From positions 46,996,001 to 47,060,000 of the forward strand of contig NC_043005.1 in the NCBI RefSeq assembly GCF_006345805.1: 64,000 nucleotides of DNA, written 5' to 3'. The notes below the pieces were generated by a model that saw only the letters and a program-made list of their open reading frames with translations, ran no database searches and was not told the origin of the DNA. Both the position numbers and the translations under genes were made by a program. Of this stretch, positions 55,070 to 64,000 are shown piece after piece. This DNA is from Octopus sinensis (lineage: Eukaryota). Every line of letters begins with the position of its first letter. Position 1 is the stretch's first letter.

Positions 55070-55392
55070 GTCGTGCTTCTTTCAGTTTCATTCAACCGAT
55101 TCCTCCTACAAAGCTTTGGTCGACCTGAGGCTAGAGTAGAAGATACTTGCTGAAGCTGCTACCAGTGGAACTGAGCCGGAAACCGTGCTGTTTGGCAGCA
55201 ATCTTCTTACCACACTGCTGCACCTGGACCTATACATACATAACACATACATTCACACATTCTTACATACATAATATTGATGCCTATAACCAGTTATGAG
55301 AACACAGTACATATGGTTTGGAGTAAAGTGTTAGGTTTACGTATGTATGTATACGTACATACATGTATGTACATTCAGATATACATATGTAT
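54075..55392. repeat. Foldback inverted duplication around a TA-rich spacer
   Basis: 54075-54404 is the near-perfect reverse complement of 55067-55392, including non-SINE flank and the 5' half of a SINE B. Confidence 0.95.
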
Positions 55393-55469
55393 ACGTTTAT
55401 ATATTTATATAATATACGTTTATATATTTATTGGTTAAACTGGCAAAATGACCATTCCGAAATATAAAA

Positions 55470-55534
<65 letters not shown>

Positions 55535-55544
55535 CATGCAGTGA

Positions 55545-55727
55545 GTAAATAGACACTTTAATTTGATATTAATTGGTTGGAGGAGAGGCTTCCTTCTAGC
55601 TGCTTGTCCATAATAATCAAGCTTATGCAGATATGTAACACACGTTCTTAGACTAACTTCTAACTGTTTTGCAATATCAGAAGCCGTTGCACAGGGTTCG
55701 TTTTTCACAATTCTCTTCAAACAGCGA
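55545..55727 (-). pseudogene. Tc1-family transposase fragment (second HTH region)
   Basis: RCLKRIVKNEPCATASDIAKQLEVSLRT...LHKLDYYGQAARRKPLL. Confidence 0.8.
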
Positions 55728-55728
55728 T

Positions 55729-55767
<39 letters not shown>

Positions 55768-55942
55768 TAGATAGATAGATAGATAGATATAGATTCTTTA
55801 CTCTATTACTTGTTTCAGTCACTTTTTGACTGTGGCCATGCTGGAGCACCGCCTTTAGTCGAGCAAAATAGTAGAAGTCACTTGCCCAAGGTGTCACACA
55901 GTGGGACTGAACTCGGAATTATGTGGTTTGTATGCAAGCTAC

Positions 55943-57984
55943 ATTATTTCATAAAATTTGTCATCATAGACAGTACAAAGAGTGTGTAGCTTTGCGGGCT
56001 GGACTAACACATTAATGAATGTAAATGAAGTAGAATGAATAAATGAAAGACGAAACCTAACACCCACCGATTGGATTTTTCTCGAAAATATATGTTCTTT
56101 TTTGAAAAAATCAATATGAGGTTTCAAACCTCTTACAAGAAGGAGGCACAAAAACCTCTTACTTAACATGTCTTTTTTTTAAACACACAATTGAGGTTAT
56201 GAACCACTACAAATAATACAATAAGATGAGGTTTCAAACCCTATAACGAGGGTCTTTCACCTCCTACTCTTCGATATATCCATCGATATATTCATCATTA
56301 TCTTCAATGCCGCTTGAGTTCCTGTATCCCGCCATTTCCCATGCCTCACTCATGTAGGACATGTAAGTCGTGTAAGGGCCACCCGGCGATATCCGACACT
56401 CCTCCCCAAATCCTTTAAGCCTTTCCCACAAGGGAAACCTTATGACCTCCACAGCTGTCTGCGGAGGCCATTCGGGATCCCGTGTGAAGGGCATATCAAC
56501 TGTCTCTTTATGTTCTTCTACTATTTTTTCCACCTCCCTGTCCGTATAGAAAAAGATAATTAATTGATCATCTTTAAGGGTGGGGGTGGTTTCTTCCACC
56601 GTGGGTGGCACAACTTGCGACGTGCAGACGGCACATCATCTCCCCGCTGAGATGACCCGTTCTCCTTCCTTCTTTTTTTTCTTTTCTTCCAAACTTCGGA
56701 AGAGTGGATCTCTTCCGCTTTGTCCGGATACTCTCCCCCGCCTCCCGAAGCCTTAGGTCCCTTCGGTGGGCAACTATTGTTGCCCGCCTACTTCCTTTTT
56801 AATCCTTTTTAGGTTGAGGAGGCTGAAGCTTCCTCGACCACACCCACCTCTCCCTTTGACCGGGTAGGGGAGGTGGAATCTAGTGACTGTTCCAGGACCT
56901 TACCATAGTCCTGGGGCAGTTCCTTTTAATGTGGCCTGGCTGCAGGCACGAGTGACACTTGGGGGGACGTCCCTCATTTATCACCGGATACCTGTAGCCA
57001 GCCATTTTCAAGAAATCTGGAAAAACTAGATCTGTTGCGGCCGATGGGATCCACAGGGTCTAAATCGCTTTTGACCCTTCCCAATCGACCGCCGGCAATA
57101 CCCTTACATTTAAGAGCCTGTGCCCGCCATCCCCCAGCCCCCGTCGGATGGTATCTTCAATCCAATCCGCTTCGGTTCCTGGGGGCACCCACATACCCAG
57201 GCTCTTATTAATTTCCTCCCGCAATATTACGGGAGGAACAGAATTTCCTTGCCTTCTAAAGGCTGACTCGCAAACTGGCGAGCCTTTTTCCCGTTGTCAA
57301 ACTGCAACCATACGGTAGCATGTGTGACACCACGGGATATATATTTTAAAGAGGACAAATAGTCTTTAAGTTCATTTTTTATAACTTGTTTTGGGAAGAC
57401 GTCTTCTCCTCCATATCTTTTAACCACTGCTTAGGCAGGTTAATTTTCCCCTCTAAGACAGAGTTTTTCTTTTTAAGTTCCTTCTCTGCTATGTCAAAAA
57501 ACAGTTCAAAAGTAGTTCAAAAGACAGTCTGCCAAAAAATTAAACCGAATAAAAATAAAACAAAATAAAAGAGGAGGAAAGGAAACTGAAATTAAAGTAA
57601 TGAAAATAATGAACCAAAATTTAGAAAGAAAGAAAAATAGAAGGGAAAAGTAAAAGAAAAACCTCACAAATAGCACAGACAGGGAATCCTTTGTGTAATA
57701 CTCCAAAAAGGCAATCCAAATGGCTTATTCTTGAAGTACTCCAGTTCGGAAAAATTGTACTTTTTCTGGCGAGATACGCCCACTAGAATTTACAAAAAGA
57801 ATTTTCTAGCAATAATTCTCAATTCACCGTTACGGTGATGAGAACCCAGTATTTTCCTCGCTATAGCGAGCCATAATTGACAATTTTCTTTTTGTCTTTT
57901 TTTCTATTCACGGAGTCAAAAAATCTCACATCTTGTCATTGTAACAGTCCAGGCCAACTAGTGTTGCATTCTGGGTAACCGGAA
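55943..57984 (-). mobile_element. ORF1-only (gag-like) non-autonomous non-LTR element
   Basis: TSD GTATGCAAGCTAC / GTAAGCAAGCTAC; broken ORF with CCHC knuckle; no RT or endonuclease motifs and no room for them. Confidence 0.75.
56264..57490 (-). pseudogene. Disrupted L1/Tx1-like ORF1 nucleic-acid-binding protein
   Basis: Fragments 57227-57427 and 56264-56611 plus YPVINEGRPPKCHSCLQPGHIKRNCP (CX2CX4HX4C at 56916-56957); stops and frameshifts; start position uncertain. Confidence 0.75.
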
Positions 57985-58115
57985 GTAAGCAAGCTACTTA
58001 CCACACAGCCACTCCTATATATATATGTTTACGTTTGTTTGTCAAATGGATCTGATTACATTTCCATCGTCGGCTAAGTAATTTGTCCTAAATTGCTTGT
58101 CTCTAGTATATTCAT

Positions 58116-58165
<50 letters not shown>

Positions 58166-58202
58166 CTATGTGTGTGTGCGTGTATCTCTTTATCTCTTTC
58201 TC

Positions 58203-58233
<31 letters not shown>

Positions 58234-58234
58234 C

Positions 58235-58268
<34 letters not shown>

Positions 58269-58624
58269 ATATATATCTGTCATGTTATTGGGAGATTATA
58301 ATTAGTTTTTTTTTCTTTCATACCCTTCTTTCCTGCTTTTTGTCAACATGAATTGACCCCCTTTCCTATAGAAAGATTTGTTATCCAGAGGTCTAACAGG
58401 AACACTAACGAGTGTTTGTTAAACTGTTAGAAGAATGATAGTAAACACATTTCGACATGCAATTCATACAAAGTGTCTACTAATGATATTTCGTCACTAC
58501 TTGTATCGTATTCATATTTCAAAGAATAATAAACTATATATCAGAGAGGGAACGAAATCAATTAAAACAGGATATCAGGTTATATTCTATCGGCCAGTCA
58601 TTGTGGATTTTATTCAGTAGGATG

Positions 58625-59025
58625 TCTTTAGACTGTGGCCGTGCTAGGGCTCTACTTTGAAGAATTTTAGTCGAAGTAATTGACCCCAGAATTTATTTCC
58701 TTAAACCCGATACTTATTCTATCGGGCACTTTTGCCTAACCGCTAAGTTACGGGGACATACACATTCCAACACTGGTTGTCAAACGGTGGTGTGTGCGTG
58801 TCCGTACGTGGGAATGTGCGTGTATGTGCGTGTGCATGTGTGAGTGTGTGCATATATACGACCAGCTTTTTTCAGTTTCCGTCAACCAAATCCAGTCACA
58901 TGGCTGTGGTCGCCACGAAGCTATAGTTGATGACACTTGCCGAAGGTGCTAGGCGATAGGAGCGAAACCAGGATCACGTGGTTGGAAATCAAACTTCCTT
59001 CCCAAACAGCCACGCCAACGCCTAA
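58625..59025 (-). mobile_element. SINE family B
   Basis: CCGCTAAGTTACGGGGAC and TTTCAGTTTCCGTC blocks. Confidence 0.8.
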
Positions 59026-59539
59026 CACGAGCGAAAAGAAAGAGAGAGATGGACATGGAAAATTGAAGTATATTTACTATATATTTGTGGGACAAAACAT
59101 CACTGTTGTGCTTCGCAACCTCTAGATTTATCTACTGGACACCGGCTGCTAAGCATTGTGATCATGTCACTTCGAGTCTGAAATGGCTTATAATGTTTAG
59201 ATGACATCTGATGAGGAATCGGTTTCTCGTTTTATATCATATGTTAATTATACTGTACAATGTCTATCTTATCGTCTTTTGTTGCCTTTACTTGTAATCG
59301 TTTTGCTTCGTCTCTTCGTGTAAACACTTATTCAACAACAATGTCTTGTTTATATTTCTGTCCATTCAGAGTATGTGTCGTTTGCTTTACTAGTTTGTGT
59401 CTTGATTCATCTTTTGTTGCACATGCATTTATCTTTTGTTTATTTTATTTACTTCACGTTCGGTGCTCTCTTGCCTTTCCTTCTTCAGAAACTTTTCCAC
59501 CATATTTATTTCTTAGCGTCTGTAGTTCCATTTTACAAT

Positions 59540-59585
59540 ATTATATATATGTATGTATGCATGTATATCTGTATGTATGTATATT

Positions 59586-59631
<46 letters not shown>

Positions 59632-59655
59632 ATATATATATATATACATACCCAT

Positions 59656-59726
<71 letters not shown>

Positions 59727-59920
59727 CATATAAATATACACATGCATACGTATATACATATACACACACATATATACATATATGCATGTGTGCATGTATG
59801 TATGTTTGTGTGTGCGCGTGTATATGTAAATGCAAGTATATTTATATGTATAAATATATGTACATATATATGTATATATACATATATAAATATATCTATA
59901 TATATATACCTATATACACA

Positions 59921-59958
<38 letters not shown>

Positions 59959-60915
59959 AATGTATGTATGTATATGCATACTTATATATGATACATATAC
60001 CCATATACACATGTATATACGATTCTGTGTGAGTATATGCGTGTGTGTACTTGTGTGCATCAATGTAAGACGGAAAAAATGTGACATTGAATATAGGAAA
60101 CGAATCTGGTGTCTGAAGTAAGACGTATGACCATGATAACTGTCAAACAAAGAATACGCTCACGAGTTGAATCGCACAACATTAAAAAAATTGCCCTAAC
60201 AAACGACGACATATGTACATACATATAAACAAACAACCACAAAAACACTCAGACATTCATATACATACACATGTACTGACTCGCTCATACTGTCTGTATG
60301 CGCGTGTATGCTCGTGTACGTATGTGAGTGAGTATCTCGTATAACGTAAGATAATATGCAGGATTGTAGGATATTGGAACGGGTTGATAGATGGTGGCTT
60401 ACTTGCACGACTTGTTGGTTTGATTTTGACGAAGACGATTAATTGATGCGTACATATACACACTATACACACACGAGAAAAGCTTTCTCTTACATGCATA
60501 CAGATATTCATAAATATAATATAGGTGTGTGTGTGTGTACGTGTATGCGTGTTTGTGTGTGTGCAAATACACACACACACATACACACACACATACACAC
60601 ACAAACACACACACACATATACATTGACAGACACATGGCTGGACGAATAAACAAATAGAGAGATAGACAGATCAACAAACATATGGATATCTATCTCTCT
60701 CTATCCCTATCTATCTATCTATCTAGATAGATAGATAGATAAATAGATAGATAGATAGAGAGATAGAAATAGTTATAGACAGATGGATGTAGATAGATAG
60801 ATAGATATAGATAGATAGATAGATAGATAGATATAGATAGATAGATAGATAGATAGATAGAAATAGTTATAGACAGATGGATGTAGATAGATAGATAGAT
60901 AGATAGATAGATGAG
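59540..60915. repeat. Microsatellite field: (CA)n, (TA)n and (GATA)n
   Basis: Direct reading; GATA array at about 60690-60912 contains a duplicated AGAAATAGTTATAGACAGATGGATG unit. Confidence 0.9.
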
Positions 60916-61334
60916 GAAAGAGGGACTAACACATAATCATACGCTTTCCATAATTTTCGAAAGGGCATTAACAGCTCCAGTGAGATTATATCGATGTAAG
61001 CTGCAAAAAATATTGGATGTTAAGTAGTGGAAAAACAAACTGTGATATATATTTGTTTTATGCAATATTTCTGCCTTGAACTAAGGTCACTGAACATGTC
61101 CGATTTGGTGTTAGGCGAAAGATTTCCTACTTTATTCTTTGTTTTGTTTACCACTTTTCACATATGTGAAGTGGTTGGATTTGGTCTCTTTATTCCTTTA
61201 GATATAACTAGTTGTTTGCATGTGTGATCTTGTATCGGTACGTGTGAATTCTGCTGCCAGCGGCGAAAGAGAATGTGATATTTTTGCCCATTGTAACTTA
61301 GTCAACGCCGAAAACAACATCTAGCTAGAATATT

Positions 61335-62127
61335 ACATATATATGTAATACATATGGATGTTTATATGTATATGCATGTATATATATATGTATATATATG
61401 TATATATAATATATATATGTATACATATATGTATATATATATGCAATACATATGTATGTATATATATGTATATATATGTATATATATGTATATATATATA
61501 TGTATATATATGTATATATATATATATATATATATGTAATATATATGTATGCATATGTATATGTATATGTTTGTATATATGTATATATATATACAAATAT
61601 ATATATATATATATAATCGCATGTATATATATCTTCACGAATATATACATATGTATGTATGTATATATATATTTTCACATACATGCATATATATACATAT
61701 ATCTATACTCTCACTGACACACACACACACGCACATATGCAGTCATAAATATAATAGTATATATAGGCATATATGACAGGCGATCGAATGGCTTAGCGAT
61801 CAATAGAAAATGTATCTTGTATTATTTTTCCTTCTTTTTTGTATTTTGTTTATTATTCGAGTGGAAATTATTCGTGCTGTACAGTCGGGGTTAAATGAGG
61901 CAGATCCAGAGTTGACAGTTTCAAAAAAGAGAATAATAGATATGTGTAGCATACATACATAAAATGCAATAAGATTGTTTCAGACCAATTAACTTCAGTA
62001 GTGCAGGAATAATTGTTCATCGGTATGTTTGTATAAATGCCTGTATGAATGTGTGTGAGTAGATATCTTCATACATACGTACATATATACATACATAGCT
62101 ACATACATACATAAATACATACATGCT

Positions 62128-62163
<36 letters not shown>

Positions 62164-62167
62164 TATA

Positions 62168-62213
<46 letters not shown>

Positions 62214-62346
62214 CATGCATATACACGCAAACACACACATATGACGCACACACATATACTTATTTATTTATATATATATATACATACACTTATGAGTCAA
62301 CGCAAACACATATATATACGCAACGCAGATTCATACACACACGTAC

Positions 62347-62400
<54 letters not shown>
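61335..62400. repeat. Compound (TA)/(TATG)/(CA) microsatellites
   Basis: Direct reading. Confidence 0.85.
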
Positions 62401-62420
62401 AGTAGTTATTTAACTGGCGG

Positions 62421-62481
62421 ACTTTGGTTGATGAGAAATCACGCGCCTAGATGGCGCTAAATTTCGAAACCGGTACCGAGT
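62421..62481 (+). ncRNA. Type I hammerhead ribozyme motif with extended stem II
   Basis: ACTTTGG-TTGATGA-GAAAT(cacGCGCCtagatGGCGCtaa)ATTTC-GAAA-CCGG-TA-CCGAGT; position 3 is U. Confidence 0.75.
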
Positions 62482-62902
62482 TGACCAGCATTTACTTGTT
62501 CTGACCCTTTTGAGGTAAGACATTATTATTGTTCACTGATATTTTTTCCTATCTTCTCTGTAATAGATTTGCGACTATTCGGTGGTACAGAAGTATTTTT
62601 TGACTTCTATCATTAGTGATATAGGTACTCATGTAGTACCCTTGTGTATATATGTACATATCTAATATTGTATGTATTTATTTTATTAATTTGCCTGTAC
62701 GGCTAATAATTCGCTTACCACTTTTGATGGTATTTTAATAATACCATCCCTATATATATATAGTTACGGAGATGTACTTGCATAGCAAGTGACCTGATCT
62801 GAGATCGTGTGCTGGAACGAAAACAGTTGCAGCAGGGAAGGTGTTTATAAGCCATTTAAAAAACACAAAACCGTTAGATTCACTTCAATATTTAAATTTA
62901 AT

Positions 62903-62951
62903 TTGGCAAAATATTTTCGTGGCTTTGAGACCGCGACCTGATCACTGACAA
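62903..62951 (-). ncRNA. Minimal hammerhead motif with G3:C8 core swap
   Basis: TTGTCA-GTGATCA-G-GTCGC(ggtctcaaa)GCCAC-GAAA-ATAT-TT-TGCCAA; one mismatch in each of stems I and II. Confidence 0.62.
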
Positions 62952-63187
62952 CATTCTGTGCAGCAGAATTTCCTACATGAAAGTTTCTATGTTAGCCGCC
63001 TGCAAACATCTTTGCCAGTGTATATATAAAATGAAGCTTTACTATAGCGTCGTATATTATCGACTGCTATTTCTAGTACATATTAGTGCATTGTTGTACC
63101 ACTATTCTATATATATATATGTTTATGTGAGCGTGTGCGTAGCATTTATGAGTACGTGTATCTAAAAGTTCATATGAAAGATATATT

Positions 63188-63363
63188 GATTTCAGACTCT
63201 GGCGCAAAGGGAGGAATTTGACTGGGAAGGGTAGATCGATTACATCCGATTCCTAGTGGTCAATTGGTATTTTATCGACCTCGAAATGATGAAAGGCAAA
63301 GTCGGACGAAATGCCGCTAAACATTTTGCTCAGCGTGTTAAGGATTCTGGTAGCTCACCGCCT
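63188..63363 (-). mobile_element. SINE family A, internally deleted
   Basis: TTTATCGACCTCGAAATGATGAAAGGCAAAGTC and AGCTCACCGCC. Confidence 0.75.
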
Positions 63364-64000
63364 TACGGTAATATGAAAAATATAGTAGCACCATTCACAT
63401 AGATTCGTGCATTCAAAGTTTATCCACAATTAATATATGTTTTTAAATATATAACGATATTGATTAATCGCCGTATAGAACAAAAATAGTATAAACAATA
63501 TTACTGGAACTTTATTGGTAATATATAGCTGCAATATATTCAGACACAAGCAAATATGTGAAACATAGATGACAGAACGATTTATATAAAGATAGAAGCA
63601 ATCACTTAATTTTTCGATTATAAGAAGTATCCATCAGCGGGTCTCCATCACAAATATCGTTTAGAAGTGGAGTGGGAATAATCGATCATACTAGACTGGA
63701 AATTGTTTCATAGACGGGAATTGAACGGTGATCATAGGAAATATGAAATCCAAATGAAAAATCAACTCGGAATATCAAATCAGAGCTCAATGGCAAATCT
63801 GCGAATATTTCACAAGAATTTCTCGAGTTTTTATTTTTAATGTACAACTATTCTTTTATTCTTTTACTCTTTTACTGGCATTCGTTATTGGACTGTAGCC
63901 AATATTTTAGATGCTCGTATCGACCGCTGCATCTATTTGAACCCGGTACTTACTTTTAACAAATTCAGGAACGTTAATAAACATTCACGCAAAGGACAAA

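Larger units (their letters stand above)
55795..58016 (-). mobile_element. SINE family B split by a 2-kb insertion
   Basis: Head at 57985-58016 continues at 55942 down to 55795 (internally deleted body). Confidence 0.8.

Noticed and set aside
59203-59245. CTGATGA followed by a small hairpin
   Set aside because: No GAAA box after the hairpin
47293-62413. Many long ORFs rich in Y, I, H, T, C, V and M
   Set aside because: Translations of TA, CA and TACA microsatellites
1-64000. CRISPR array, operons or other prokaryotic systems
   Set aside because: No regularly spaced direct repeats with unique spacers and no gene-dense tract; the sequence is eukaryotic repeat-rich DNA

Overview
AT-rich, microsatellite-dense animal genomic DNA with no intact host protein-coding gene that I can support. 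The repeats (several modular tRNA-headed SINE families, one with an internal (TA)n tract) suggest a cephalopod, probably octopus; this is inference from pattern recognition, not a database match. Nearly all tracked ORFs are microsatellite or SINE artefacts. Supported content: a full-length decayed DD34D mariner plus Tc1/mariner fragments; R4/Dong-type non-LTR relics beside TAA repeats; a CR1/L2-like RT relic; two Charlie-like hAT MITEs; and dozens of nested SINEs. Three things stand out. (1) Five minimal type I hammerhead-ribozyme-like motifs of the Penelope/retrozyme kind, one with a swapped G3:C8 core. (2) A 2.04 kb TSD-flanked retroelement carrying only a gag-like ORF1 and a five-hairpin 3' UTR, inserted in a SINE head. 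(3) A 1.3 kb near-perfect foldback duplication. Coordinates were read by eye, and ends of decayed repeats are approximate.
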